Of a stretch of DNA of 64,000 nt, positions 44,417 to 54,488 are shown piece after piece; the first letter of the stretch is position 1; the number at the start of each line of letters is the position of its first letter. Source of the DNA: an uncultured Eggerthellaceae bacterium (GTDB lineage Bacteria > Actinomycetota > Coriobacteriia > Coriobacteriales > Eggerthellaceae); the NCBI GenBank assembly GCA_903789375.1, contig CAIFEB010000004.1, forward strand, positions 65,289-129,288, in the 5' to 3' direction. The position numbers and the translations under genes are program-made. Below the pieces are notes generated by a model. It saw nothing but the letters and a program-made list of their open reading frames with translations, made no database searches and was not told where the DNA came from.

Positions 44417-46180
44417 ATGAAGGTTCTCTACAACGACGGACACGTTGCGGAATGCCCCGAGGACGAAGAGCTCCACGTCCTGCGCCATTCCGCCGCCCAC
44501 ATCCTGGCCCAGGCGATCAGTCGCCTGTACCCGCAGGCTGACTTCGGCTACGGCCCCGCCACGGAAAACGGCTTCTACTACGACATCGACCTGGGCGACA
44601 GCAAGATCTCCGAGGACGACTTCCCCGCCATCGAGGCCGAGATGAAGAAGATCACCAAGGAGAACCTCAAGTTCACCGTCTTCGAGCTTCCGCGCGAAGA
44701 AGCCGTCAAGCTGATGGAGGACCGCGGCGAGAAGTACAAGGTCGAGCACATCGGCGACCTTGCCGAAGATGCCCGCATCACCTTCTACCAGCAGGGCGAC
44801 TACATCGACATGTGCGTCGGCCCCCACATCTGCTACACCAAGGCGCTCAAGGCCTTCAAGCTGACTGCCGTCTCCGGCGCATACTGGAAGGGCGATGCCG
44901 ACAACAAGATGCTCACCCGCATCAACGGCGTGGCCTTCCGCACCAAGCAGGAGATGGAAGACTACTTCAAGCTGCTCGAAGAAGCCGAGAAGCGCGACCA
45001 CCGCAAAATCGGCCGCGAAATGGAACTCTTCATGATGGACGACGCCGGCCCGGGCTTCCCCTTCTGGCTGCCCAACGGTATGCGCGTGCGCAACGCCCTC
45101 ATGCAGTACTGGATGGAGATGCAGGACGCCTACGGGTACGAGCAGGTGGACACGCCCATCATCCTGTCCCGGAAGCTGTGGGAGACCTCCGGCCACTGGG
45201 ACCACTACAAAGAGAACATGTACACCACGACCATCGATGACGAGGACTACGCCATCAAGCCGATGAACTGCCCCGGCGCCTGCCTGATCTACAAGTCCAA
45301 GCCGCGCTCCTACCGCGACCTGCCCCTTAAGCTGGCCGAAGCCGGCAAGGACCACCGCCACGAGCTCAAGGGCGCCCTGCACGGCCTGTTCCGCGTCCGC
45401 GCCTTCACGCAGGACGACGCGCACCTGTTCATCCGCCCCGACCAGATCACCGAGCAGGTGACCGACGTCGCGCACCTGATCACGGCCTACTACCACCAGT
45501 TCGGTTTCCCCTACAAGGTCGAGCTGTCCACTCGCCCCGACAACTCCATGGGGTCGGACGAGGATTGGGAGCGCGCCGAGGCTGGCCTCAAGGAAGCTCT
45601 GGAGTCCATGGGCATCGACTACACCTTGAACCCCGGCGACGGCGCCTTCTACGGCCCCAAGATCGACTTCCACCTGCAGGACTGCCTGGGACGCACCTGG
45701 CAGTGCGGCACCATCCAGCTGGACTTCCAGCTGCCGCAGAACTTCGAGCTGGAGTACACCGACAAAGACGGCACCAAGAAGCGCCCGATCATGATCCATC
45801 GCGCGGGCTTCGGCTCCTTCGAGCGTTTCATCGGCATGCTGACCGAGCAATACGAGGGCAAGTTCCCCACCTGGCTGTCTCCGTGCCAGGTCAAGGTCCT
45901 GCCCGTGTCCGAGAAGCACCGCGATTACGCCAAGCAGGTGGCCGATAAGATCCGCGAAGCCGGCGTCCGCGTGAAGGTTGACGAGCGCGACGAGAAGATC
46001 GGCTACAAGATCCGCGAGGCCCGCAGCATCGACCGCGTGCCCTACATGCTGATCATCGGCGAGAAGGAAGAGGAAGCGGGCAACATCTCCGTCCGCGACC
46101 GCACGAACGAGACCGTCCAGCGCAACCTGGACGACTTCATCGCCGACATCACGGCGGAAATCGAGGAGCGCCGCGGGTAG
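44417..46180 (+). CDS. thrS: Threonine--tRNA ligase (lacks N-terminal TGS domain)
   Basis: Editing-domain motif HSAAHILAQA, class-II motifs and a C-terminal anticodon-binding domain. RBS AGGAGAGG precedes ATG 44417. A ~330-nt leader lies upstream. Confidence 0.9.
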   Translation: MKVLYNDGHVAECPEDEELHVLRHSAAHILAQAISRLYPQADFGYGPATENGFYYDIDLGDSKISEDDFPAIEAEMKKITKENLKFTVFELPREEAVKLMEDRGEKYKVEHIGDLAEDARITFYQQGDYIDMCVGPHICYTKALKAFKLTAVSGAYWKGDADNKMLTRINGVAFRTKQEMEDYFKLLEEAEKRDHRKIGREMELFMMDDAGPGFPFWLPNGMRVRNALMQYWMEMQDAYGYEQVDTPIILSRKLWETSGHWDHYKENMYTTTIDDEDYAIKPMNCPGACLIYKSKPRSYRDLPLKLAEAGKDHRHELKGALHGLFRVRAFTQDDAHLFIRPDQITEQVTDVAHLITAYYHQFGFPYKVELSTRPDNSMGSDEDWERAEAGLKEALESMGIDYTLNPGDGAFYGPKIDFHLQDCLGRTWQCGTIQLDFQLPQNFELEYTDKDGTKKRPIMIHRAGFGSFERFIGMLTEQYEGKFPTWLSPCQVKVLPVSEKHRDYAKQVADKIREAGVRVKVDERDEKIGYKIREARSIDRVPYMLIIGEKEEEAGNISVRDRTNETVQRNLDDFIADITAEIEERRG

Positions 46181-46323
46181 ACCGGGCGCGAGCGGGTCGC
46201 CTGCTTCGCGGCTAGCGCGCGCAGTTGCTGGCGTGCGGGGTCACACACGGCGGGATGTGCGCGGCGTTGCCGCGCGCGGCCGGCATGCGGCAACTCCGCG
46301 ACCCGATGAACTGACGAGCTGAG

Positions 46324-46360
46324 ACGGCCCGGGCGTTCGCGTCCGGGCCGTTCTGTATAT
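46324..46360 (+). terminator. Intrinsic terminator after thrS
   Basis: Stem acggcccgg / ccgggccgt with a 10-nt loop, followed by TCTGTATATT. Confidence 0.55.
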
Positions 46361-46577
46361 TGAGGGTCGGCAGCGTCTGGAACGAGGCTGCGGCTGCGAT
46401 GCGTGCTGCGCCGCAGGGCCGTCGGTGCCTGCGACCGCGCATGCGCGCGCAGGCACCAGGGCGCAAGAACCACTTCACGCTTTCCCGCCGGCTCTGCGTC
46501 TGACAACTCGGCGGCATGCGGGGCTCGCACGCGCGGACGCGGCGCGACGCTGCTAGAATCGGTACCGACGAGAGGAC

Positions 46578-47579
46578 GTGATCGTTATGAACGAAGGCGA
46601 AAAGCACGAGGCCGTTTCCGACCTCACCCTCATGCTCGCGTATCTGACCTCGTGGGACGATACGTCGAAGCGCGCCCACAAGATGGGGGCGCCAAGCGTG
46701 CTCACGGCGTGGAAGGGCTACGACCGCGCGACGCTCGACGAGCTGCGCGAGCAGGGCCTCATCGAGACCGACACCCACGACAGCAAGCTGCGCCTGACCG
46801 ACGACGGCATCGACATCGCGCGCTACCTGCTGGAGAAGTACGACCTTGCCGAGAAGGCCGACGGTGCCGAGGAGACACGCACCGAGGCGAAGGAGGCCGG
46901 CGTCAATGCGACGCACGCCGCGCAAGAGCACGTCGAGCCCGATGACGAGCACGCCGTGCCGGCGTACGAGCTGCGCGTGCGCTTCGATTTCCACGCGCTC
47001 ACGTGCGTCCGCACCCTACTCGTGCCCAAAGACGCGACGTTCGACGACCTGCACGCGATGATCCAGGCGTGTTTGGGATTCGCCAACGCGCACCCGTACG
47101 CGTTCTACGCCGGCCATGGCGACGACGCGGTGCGCGTGAAGCTGCCCGAGGACGACCCGCTCGAGGATGCGGCGACCCGGAGCACCGCCGCGCTCACCGA
47201 CCGCGACGCCGCGGCGCTGCCGCTCGAGGCGCTTGTGCCCGACCACCACACGCTGCGCTACCGCTACGGCTACGAGGGCGGTTCGTGGCATCTGACCTGC
47301 GAGCTCACCGACGAGTTCGCGCACCTGCCCGAGGGTGTGCCCGTGTGCACGGCCGGCGCGGGCGACGCGCCCTGCGAGGAGCTGGGCGGCGAAGAGGAGT
47401 TCGCCGCGTTTCTGAAGACGGTGGACAACCCCGCAGCCACCGACTACGAGGACACCGAGGAATGGGGTGCTGATCAGGGGTTCGAGCGCTTCAACCTGAA
47501 GAGCGCCAACAGCAGGCTCGCCCACTGGAAGGAATGGAAGCTCACGGACGACGGACAGGAGGGGCAGGTTTTCGCATAA
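46578..47579 (+). CDS. Hypothetical protein with C-terminal plasmid pRiA4b ORF-3-like domain
   Basis: YELRVRFDFHALTCVRTLLVPKDATFDDLHAMIQACLGFANAHPYAFYAG resembles the pRiA4b ORF3-like family. Acidic N-terminal region. Start is either GTG 46578 or ATG 46587. Confidence 0.5.
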   Translation: MIVMNEGEKHEAVSDLTLMLAYLTSWDDTSKRAHKMGAPSVLTAWKGYDRATLDELREQGLIETDTHDSKLRLTDDGIDIARYLLEKYDLAEKADGAEETRTEAKEAGVNATHAAQEHVEPDDEHAVPAYELRVRFDFHALTCVRTLLVPKDATFDDLHAMIQACLGFANAHPYAFYAGHGDDAVRVKLPEDDPLEDAATRSTAALTDRDAAALPLEALVPDHHTLRYRYGYEGGSWHLTCELTDEFAHLPEGVPVCTAGAGDAPCEELGGEEEFAAFLKTVDNPAATDYEDTEEWGADQGFERFNLKSANSRLAHWKEWKLTDDGQEGQVFA

Positions 47580-47736
47580 ACGCCCCACGCAGCCCGGTCT
47601 TCGGCCCGCAGACTCGGAACCGCCCGCCTGCACGGCGGCGGACACGAGCCTGCGGGCGTTTTCGTTTCAGAACGGCGGACGGTGCCGCACGCACCGGTGC
47701 GGCATACGCGACCGCGGGCAGGCGCGGGTTGCGCGT

Positions 47737-48399
47737 CTACGCGATTCCCATAGCGCGCGACAGGTCGGCGTACGAGCTCACGACCAGGTCGGCGGTGCCG
47801 GCGAAGCGGTCGTCGCGGTCGGCGTCGCCGCTCGCCATGCCAACGGTGTGCAGGCCGAACCCGTGCATGGCGGCCACGGCGTAGGGAGCATCGTCCACGG
47901 CCCAGACGGCTTCGCGCGGGCAGCCGAGCACGTCCGTGGCCACGTCGTAGATCTTGCGCTCCTGCTTGGAGGCGCCCACCTCGTCGGTGGACACGAGCGC
48001 GCGGAAGCTGTCGAGCATGCCGTGGCGCGCAAGGCCCGCCTCCAGATAGCGCCGCGGACTCGATGACACGACAACGCACGGGATGCCGCGCGCCGCTATC
48101 GCCCGCACGAACGCCGCCGCGCCCGGGAGCTCCGCCGCCTCGTCGCGGTAGTACGGCAGCAGCATGCCGTCGAGGTGGTCGAGCACGTCGCGCGCGGACG
48201 CCCCGACGCCGTAGCGGTCGTGCAGGATGGCGCACGCGCGCTCGATCGGCGCGGCGTGGATTTCATCCTCCTGGTCGGTCGTCATCGGCCCGGCCTGCGA
48301 AAACAGGTCGCGCTCGGCCCGATCCCATGCGCCGATGGTGTCGAGCAGCGTGCCGTCGCAATCGAAGATGAACCCGCCCGCTTCCGCGATGTTCGCCAT
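47737..48399 (-). CDS. HAD-superfamily hydrolase (beta-phosphoglucomutase-like)
   Basis: FIFDCDGTLLDT (motif I), VVSSS and the pattern K...DD. RBS AAAGGGGAAGG precedes ATG 48399. The long ORF upstream is a shadow. Confidence 0.8.
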   Translation of the reverse strand: MANIAEAGGFIFDCDGTLLDTIGAWDRAERDLFSQAGPMTTDQEDEIHAAPIERACAILHDRYGVGASARDVLDHLDGMLLPYYRDEAAELPGAAAFVRAIAARGIPCVVVSSSPRRYLEAGLARHGMLDSFRALVSTDEVGASKQERKIYDVATDVLGCPREAVWAVDDAPYAVAAMHGFGLHTVGMASGDADRDDRFAGTADLVVSSYADLSRAMGIA

Positions 48400-48518
48400 G
48401 CCTTCCCCTTTGCAATCGGTGCGGACGCCGCCCCGGGCGCCGTCCGCGTTCGTCGTTTTCACCAGCATAGCAAACGCGGCGTGCGCGGCGAACGCCCCGC
48501 TCGGGAGCCGTCCGAAAA

Positions 48519-49715
48519 TCACAGCCGCCGGAAAACGAGGTAGCGGTTGAGCGCACCGGAGCGCCCGTCGGCGCAGAAGGAGCAGACGAGCTGCGCCTGC
48601 GCCGATACGGCGTCGGCGAGCCGGTCGAGCTCGGCGTCCGAGAAGCTGTGGCAGTAGCGGAAGGCGCCCGGTCGGTTCTGCCAGCCGAGCAGGTGGTCGC
48701 CTTCCTCGAGCGCGTCGAAAAGCGACGCAGGTTCGGCATCCTCTGCGGGCGCGACATCCCCCGCAAGGGCGACGGCACGGGTCGCTTCGACTGCACCGCC
48801 TTCCGCGAAGTACGCGCGGGCGCGTTCGTCGTCGGCGAGCGCCTTGCGCGCGAGGCGCTCGTCGTCCATGAAGCGCCAGAACGACGCCGCCACGATGCCG
48901 CCGGGGCGCACCGAGCGCACGAGCTCGGCGAGCAGGCGGGCGCGCAGGCGCTCCGACGGCACGTGATGGAAGAACCCGAAGCACACGGCCGCGTCGGCGG
49001 ATTCCTGCGAAAGAGCGCCGGAGAAGCATACGCCTGCGGGCGTACCCCCTGCTCCCAGCCCTGTTTCGCCACCGTCGCCGTCCGGGATGCCGCCTGCGGC
49101 GCAGGGTTCTCCGCCCGTGCGGAGCGCTGCCTGCGAGCTGCCGCCGGCGCCCAGTTCCGCTGCATCGCCGCACGCATCGCACGCCTCGTCCTCGTCGATT
49201 AGCCACGACACGACGTCGAGCGCATGGAACGTCACCTGCGGCATCCGCGAAAGCGGCTCGGACGCAAGCGGTTCGCAGTCGTCCACCGCCGTGAAGCGCA
49301 CGGCGTCCGCACCCCAGCGGTTCGCGCAGCACCGCTCGAACCGCAGGTTGCCGCATGCGACATCGAGGACGAGCGGCGGCGTGGCAGCGGATTCGGGCGC
49401 CGCCGGCGCAACCTGCGCGCATGCCGACGCACCCGCTGGCACAGCCCGCGCTCCTGCCGGTGCCACCCGCGCTCCTACCGGCGCCACCTGTGCGCGCGTC
49501 TGAGCTGCGCCCACTGCCCCGTCATCCACGGCCGCGGTTGGCGGCTTTTCCGCTTGCCCACCTGCCAGCGCAACGACCCCCGCGCGCTCGAGCTCTGAGC
49601 AGATGCGGTCCCACCCCGCCCACGCCTGCGCGCGCGTCTGCGCGAACGACTCGGCGTTGGCACGATAGAACCGGTTGTTTATCTTGCAAAGTTGCCGCGC
49701 AGCTGCGTTCTCCAT
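48519..49715 (-). CDS. Class I SAM-dependent methyltransferase with Ala/Gly-rich low-complexity insertions
   Basis: Motif I VLDVACGNLRFE and a post-I acidic residue. Divergent from the Elp3-like gene; their starts are 34 bp apart. Confidence 0.6.
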   Translation of the reverse strand: MENAAARQLCKINNRFYRANAESFAQTRAQAWAGWDRICSELERAGVVALAGGQAEKPPTAAVDDGAVGAAQTRAQVAPVGARVAPAGARAVPAGASACAQVAPAAPESAATPPLVLDVACGNLRFERCCANRWGADAVRFTAVDDCEPLASEPLSRMPQVTFHALDVVSWLIDEDEACDACGDAAELGAGGSSQAALRTGGEPCAAGGIPDGDGGETGLGAGGTPAGVCFSGALSQESADAAVCFGFFHHVPSERLRARLLAELVRSVRPGGIVAASFWRFMDDERLARKALADDERARAYFAEGGAVEATRAVALAGDVAPAEDAEPASLFDALEEGDHLLGWQNRPGAFRYCHSFSDAELDRLADAVSAQAQLVCSFCADGRSGALNRYLVFRRL

Positions 49716-49748
49716 CGGCGGATGCGACCCTTCCTCACGTACAATCGA

Positions 49749-51572
49749 ATGACCATGGACGACGTCATCCTCGACATAGTACACGCACTGCGCGAGCGCG
49801 GCTCGCTCGACGCGCGCGAGCTCGACGAGATCATGCGCGCGCACAGCAAGAAGGCGCACGACGGCCGCCGCGTGTTCGCGAAAAAGCACCTGCTCCCCTA
49901 CTATTTCCGCGTGCGCGAGCAGGATCCCGCACGCTGGGAAAGCTGGCACATCGACGAGGCTACCGAAGCGAAGCTCATCGCCACGCTGCGCATGAAGCCG
50001 CGCCGCACCGCGTCGGGCGTCGCCACCGTCACCGTCATCACCAAGCCGTGGACGTGCACGAGCGCATGCTCGTACTGCCCCAACGACGTGCGCATGCCCA
50101 AAAGCTACCTGCACCGCGAGCCGGCCTGCCAGCGCGCCGAGCGCAACTTCTTCGACCCGTACCTGCAGGTGGCGAACCGCCTGCGCACGCTGGCGCAGAT
50201 GGGGCACCCCACCGACAAGGTGGAGCTGATCGTGCTCGGCGGCACATGGTGCGACTACCCCGACGCCTACCAGCTGTGGTTCGTGAGCGAGATGTTCCGC
50301 GCGCTGAACGAGCTGGACGACGCGCCGACGCCCGCCCGCTGCGCTGAGCGCCGGCGGCTCTACGAGGATGCGGGCATCGCGTCGGACCCCGACGAGCTGG
50401 CACGACGCTGCGCCAGCGCCCAGCAGCGAGTCGACGCGGGCGAAGTGAGCTTCAACGAGGAGGTGCGCCGGCTGTACGGAACGGCATCGCCTTGGGAGCA
50501 GGCGGCGGCGTTCCAGCAGGCGACGCTCGACGAGCTCGAACGCGCCCAGCGCGTAAACGAGGCGGCCGCCCACCGCGTCGTCGGCCTGGTCGTGGAGACC
50601 CGCCCCGACACGCTCACGCCCGCCCGCTGCGCGCTGCTGCGCCGGCTCGGCTGCACGAAGGTGCAGATCGGCGTGCAGTCGCTCGACGAGGACGTCCTGC
50701 GCGCGCAAGGCCGCGCCGGCACGCTCGACGACGCTCGGCGTGCGTTTCGCCTGCTGCGCCTGTTCGGGTTCAAGCTGCACGCGCACTACATGGTGAACCT
50801 GCCCGGGTCCGACCCCGCGCGCGACATCGAAGGCTACCGGCGGTTCGCCACCGAAGCCGCCTGGGCTCCCGACGAGGTGAAGCTCTACCCCGTGGCCCTC
50901 GTCGCCGGAACCGGGCTCGTAACGCAGTACGAAATGGGAACATGGCGGCCCTACACCGAAGACGAGCTCGTGGGCGTTCTTGCGACCGACGTTGCGAACA
51001 CCCCGCCCTACCTGCGCGTTTCACGGATGATCCGCGACATCTCGGCGCAGGACATCCTGGCGGGCAACAAGAAGACCAACCTGCGCCAGATGGTGGAGAG
51101 CCGGCTCGCGCAAACCGGCGCGCACGTCGACGAAATCCGCTACCGCGAAATCGGCACGCGTCCCTTCGACCCCGCCGAGCTGGCGCTTTCGGTCGTTCCG
51201 TACGAAACCGACGTCACGCGCGAGCGGTTTCTACAGTGGACGTGCGCCGACGGCCGCATCGTCGGGTTCCTGCGGCTGTCGCTGCCCGATGCCGCGTACG
51301 TGCGCGCCCACGAGCAGGACCTGCCCATCGCGCCCGACGAGGCGATGATCCGCGAGGTCCACGTGTACGGCGCGGCGGCGCGCATCCATCGCGCGGGAGC
51401 GGCCGCCCAGCATCACGGGCTCGGGCACGCCCTCGTCGAGCGCGCCTGCGAGATCGCACGCGACGAGGGCTACGCGCGCATCAACGTCATCAGCTCCGTC
51501 GGCACGCGCGAATACTACCGCCACCTGGGATTTCGCGACAACGGCCTGTACCAGACGCGCGAGCTCGCTTAA
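49749..51572 (+). CDS. Elp3-like radical-SAM + GNAT acetyltransferase (tRNA cm5U34-type modification enzyme family)
   Basis: Radical-SAM Cys motif CTSACSYCPND (C-x4-C-x2-C), central domain, and a C-terminal GNAT motif HHGLGHALVERAC. Start uncertain (ATG 49749 or TTG 49692). Confidence 0.75.
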   Translation: MTMDDVILDIVHALRERGSLDARELDEIMRAHSKKAHDGRRVFAKKHLLPYYFRVREQDPARWESWHIDEATEAKLIATLRMKPRRTASGVATVTVITKPWTCTSACSYCPNDVRMPKSYLHREPACQRAERNFFDPYLQVANRLRTLAQMGHPTDKVELIVLGGTWCDYPDAYQLWFVSEMFRALNELDDAPTPARCAERRRLYEDAGIASDPDELARRCASAQQRVDAGEVSFNEEVRRLYGTASPWEQAAAFQQATLDELERAQRVNEAAAHRVVGLVVETRPDTLTPARCALLRRLGCTKVQIGVQSLDEDVLRAQGRAGTLDDARRAFRLLRLFGFKLHAHYMVNLPGSDPARDIEGYRRFATEAAWAPDEVKLYPVALVAGTGLVTQYEMGTWRPYTEDELVGVLATDVANTPPYLRVSRMIRDISAQDILAGNKKTNLRQMVESRLAQTGAHVDEIRYREIGTRPFDPAELALSVVPYETDVTRERFLQWTCADGRIVGFLRLSLPDAAYVRAHEQDLPIAPDEAMIREVHVYGAAARIHRAGAAAQHHGLGHALVERACEIARDEGYARINVISSVGTREYYRHLGFRDNGLYQTRELA

Positions 51573-51740
51573 ATTCGGTCGCTCAAGCGGCCGCAGCCGG
51601 CGATTGCGCTGAGCATGTCGCTGCGCATGCCGGGACGAACCGGCCGCCCGAAACGCAAGCGCAAGCCATCAGAGCAGCCTTCTGAAACGTCGGCGGTCAA
51701 CAGGCGGGAGCTCACATGCCGCCGCCCGAGCCGTCTCTTC

Positions 51741-52343
51741 CTACCCGAGCGCTCCCTCGATGGCGCCGAGCAGCTCCTCGAACGTCTCGCACGTCGGGAT
51801 GTCGGGGTTCTCGGCCTTGATCGCGTCGCTCGAGCGGAACAAAAAGCCCGCCTTGGACGCGCGGATCATACCGAGGTCGTTGTAGCTGTCGCCGCTCGCG
51901 ATGGTCTCGAACCCGCATGAATGCAGCGCGCGCACCGTCGTGAGCTTCGTCTGGTCGCAGCGCATGCGCCAGCCGGTGATGGCGCCGTCGGCAGCCACCT
52001 CAAGCTCGTTGCAGAACAGCGTCGGCCAGTTGAGCTTCTCCATGATGGGGCTCGCGAACTGCGAAAACGTGTCGCTGATGATGATGACCTGCGTTTCGCG
52101 GCGCAGGGTGTCCAGAAACTCGCGCGCGCCCGGCACCGGGTCGATGCCGCGGATGACGTCCTGGATCTGGGACAGCCCCATCCCCTGTTCCTTCAGAATG
52201 TCCAACCGATAGCGCATGAGCTTGTCGTAGTCAGGCTCGTCGCGCGTCGTGCGCTCCAGTTCGGGGATGCCGCTCGCCTGCGCGAACGCCACCCAGATTT
52301 CCGGCGCGAGGACTCCTTCAAGGTCCAAGCATACGACATCCAT
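51741..52343 (-). CDS. thrH: ThrH-like phosphoserine phosphatase / homoserine phosphotransferase (HAD)
   Basis: MDVVCLDLEGVLAPEIWVAFA...GDSYNDLGMI closely parallels Pseudomonas ThrH. RBS GAAAGGGG. Confidence 0.7.
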   Translation of the reverse strand: MDVVCLDLEGVLAPEIWVAFAQASGIPELERTTRDEPDYDKLMRYRLDILKEQGMGLSQIQDVIRGIDPVPGAREFLDTLRRETQVIIISDTFSQFASPIMEKLNWPTLFCNELEVAADGAITGWRMRCDQTKLTTVRALHSCGFETIASGDSYNDLGMIRASKAGFLFRSSDAIKAENPDIPTCETFEELLGAIEGALG

Positions 52344-52590
52344 GACACCCTGCCCCTTTCTCATACGTCAGACCTGCTCAGCGAAGAGCGGTATCCGTTT
52401 TCCGTGTGCCGCCCCGCTGCTCGCCGGCATCCGCGCGCGTGTCGCGTACGATGCTCGAAGCGAGCGGCGCGCACGGCGCCGGGAAAATCGTAGCATGCGC
52501 CCGCGCTATGGCCGGCCCCGCGTCATGCGGACGGCGCCCCCGACGCGGCGGCGCGCAAGGCCCCATCCTTAAAGAAAGGCAGGGATTCCG

Positions 52591-53013
52591 ATGTACGGAC
52601 TCACGACCGAAGCGTCGTTCGATGCGGCGCACTTCCTGACCGACTACTACGGCAAATGCGAGAACCTGCACGGTCATCGCTGGCGCGTCGTCGTGACGAT
52701 CGAGCAGGGCGAACTGGGAAGCGCCGGCACGGGCAAGGACATGGTCTTGGACTTCGGCGTGTTCAAGAAGACGGTGCGCGAAACGGTGGCCGAGCTCGAC
52801 CACATGTTTCTCGTGGAAGAGGGCTCGCTCAAGCCTGCGACCGTGTCCTGCCTGAAGGAGGAGGGCTTCACGCTGAAGATGCTGCCGTTTCGCACAACGG
52901 CCGAAAACCTCGCCCGCTACCTGTGCGAACGCCTGGCGGATGCGGGTCTGCCCGTCGCCGAAGTGGAAGTGGACGAGACGCCGAACAACCGCGCGTTCTA
53001 TCGTCCCGAATAG
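52591..53013 (+). CDS. queD: 6-carboxy-5,6,7,8-tetrahydropterin synthase
   Basis: CENLHGHRW zinc/catalytic motif and a 140-aa length. RBS AAAGGCAGGG. Confidence 0.8.
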   Translation: MYGLTTEASFDAAHFLTDYYGKCENLHGHRWRVVVTIEQGELGSAGTGKDMVLDFGVFKKTVRETVAELDHMFLVEEGSLKPATVSCLKEEGFTLKMLPFRTTAENLARYLCERLADAGLPVAEVEVDETPNNRAFYRPE

Positions 53014-53245
53014 AAACGCCCGCCCCGCATCGAACGACGCGGACCGGGCGTAACCGACTGGCTGCCGCGAGCGCGACCTTAGGGATCAGACGTTCCCGCG
53101 CGCAGAGATAGAAGCGGAGCGCATGGGCAAAGCCCGCGAAGCCGGAAAACAACGTGCGGACGGCGCAGGCAAAGCCCGCTGACCGGGCGCAACCGCTTCG
53201 ACCAGCTTCAACGCGCGCGATGCAGGGCACCGCAACGCCCTGCGC

Positions 53246-54154
53246 CTACTTCGCCGGATGCGGCGTGCGGATGTTCACGACCACCTTCTGGTTCTCCAGC
53301 GTCACGCGGGCGTTTTTGGGCACGGACTCCGTCACGAACGAGCTGCCGGCAATGACCGACCCCTCGCCGATGGTCGTCTCGCCGCCGAGGACGCTCGCGT
53401 TGGAGTAGATGGTCACGTTGTCCTCGATGGTGGGATGGCGCTTCTTGCCCTTGAGCTTCTGACCCGCTCGCAGCGACAGCGCGCCGAGTGTGACGCCCTG
53501 GTAGATCTTCACATGGTCGCCGATGATGGTAGTCTCGCCGATGACGACGCCCGTCGCGTGGTCGATGAAGAAGTACTCGCCGATGGTCGCGCCGGCGTTG
53601 ATGTCGACGCCCGTGCGGCTGTGCGCGTACTCGGTCATGACGCGCGGGATGAGCGGCACGTCCTGCACGTACAGCTCGTGCGCGAACCGGTAGACGTAGA
53701 TGGCGAAGAAGCCCGGGTACGAGAAGATGACCTCTTCCTTGCTCTGAGCTGCGGGATCGCCGTCGAACGCCGCCTGCACGTCCTTGTAGAGCATCTGCTG
53801 GATATGCGGCAGCCGAGCGATGAACGTGTCGACCACCTTCTCCGTGTGCTCCTCGATCTGCCCCTCGGTCTGCGTGGCGCCGTCGCGGAACCGGAACGCC
53901 TGATGCACGACCTTGCCCAGGTCCTCTTCCACCTGCAGCAGCGTGTTGCCCACGAAGTAGCACGGGTCCGACGTCGTCGGCACGCCGCTCGCGAAGTAGT
54001 TCGGGAACATCAGGTTGCGCAGGTTCTTCACGATGTCGATGATGAGCGTGCGATCGGGCATGCGTTTGACCGGACAGGCGAAGTCGATCTGCTCGCACGA
54101 GCAGTAGTTGTCGTCGATGGCGCGAACGACTCCCTCAAGCTCCCGGTTGTCCAT
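53246..54154 (-). CDS. cysE: Serine O-acetyltransferase (long form)
   Basis: Hexapeptide-repeat C-terminus (GATIGEYFFIDHATGVVIGETTIIGDHVKIYQGVTLG) and an N-terminal SATase domain. RBS GGAGAGAGGGG. Confidence 0.85.
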   Translation of the reverse strand: MDNRELEGVVRAIDDNYCSCEQIDFACPVKRMPDRTLIIDIVKNLRNLMFPNYFASGVPTTSDPCYFVGNTLLQVEEDLGKVVHQAFRFRDGATQTEGQIEEHTEKVVDTFIARLPHIQQMLYKDVQAAFDGDPAAQSKEEVIFSYPGFFAIYVYRFAHELYVQDVPLIPRVMTEYAHSRTGVDINAGATIGEYFFIDHATGVVIGETTIIGDHVKIYQGVTLGALSLRAGQKLKGKKRHPTIEDNVTIYSNASVLGGETTIGEGSVIAGSSFVTESVPKNARVTLENQKVVVNIRTPHPAK

Positions 54155-54488
54155 GATAGCCCCTCTCTCCGATCGGCCGCGCGAATGCAGGGCCAATCAA
54201 ATCCTAGTAAGTTGCTATCATTATAAGCAAACCATGCGGAGGCGGCGCAAGAAAACGCCCACGACTCTCGATAGCCCCCACATGCGCACCATATGGGGCG
54301 CAATTGTGCACCGCCAGCCGCGGCAACGGATAAACCCCCGTGTGCCATCGGCCGCGTTGCCGGACAAAATCCCGCGCGAAAGCCATCCAACCGCGTGCCA
54401 TAGAGCATGCGTACGCGAACCGGTCCGACCGGTCAAACCGGGCGGCAGCCCGATGCGGCACCGCGCCTCAGTCGGCCGCGGCATCGCG

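Noticed and set aside
47737-49422. 561-aa ORF containing the HAD hydrolase
   Set aside because: The N-terminal 340 codons are Arg-rich and overlap the methyltransferase gene frame. The 220-aa HAD protein has its own strong RBS.
48519-50786. 755-aa ORF containing the methyltransferase
   Set aside because: The upstream part is antisense to the Elp3-like gene. The methyltransferase starts at MENAAARQ (49715).
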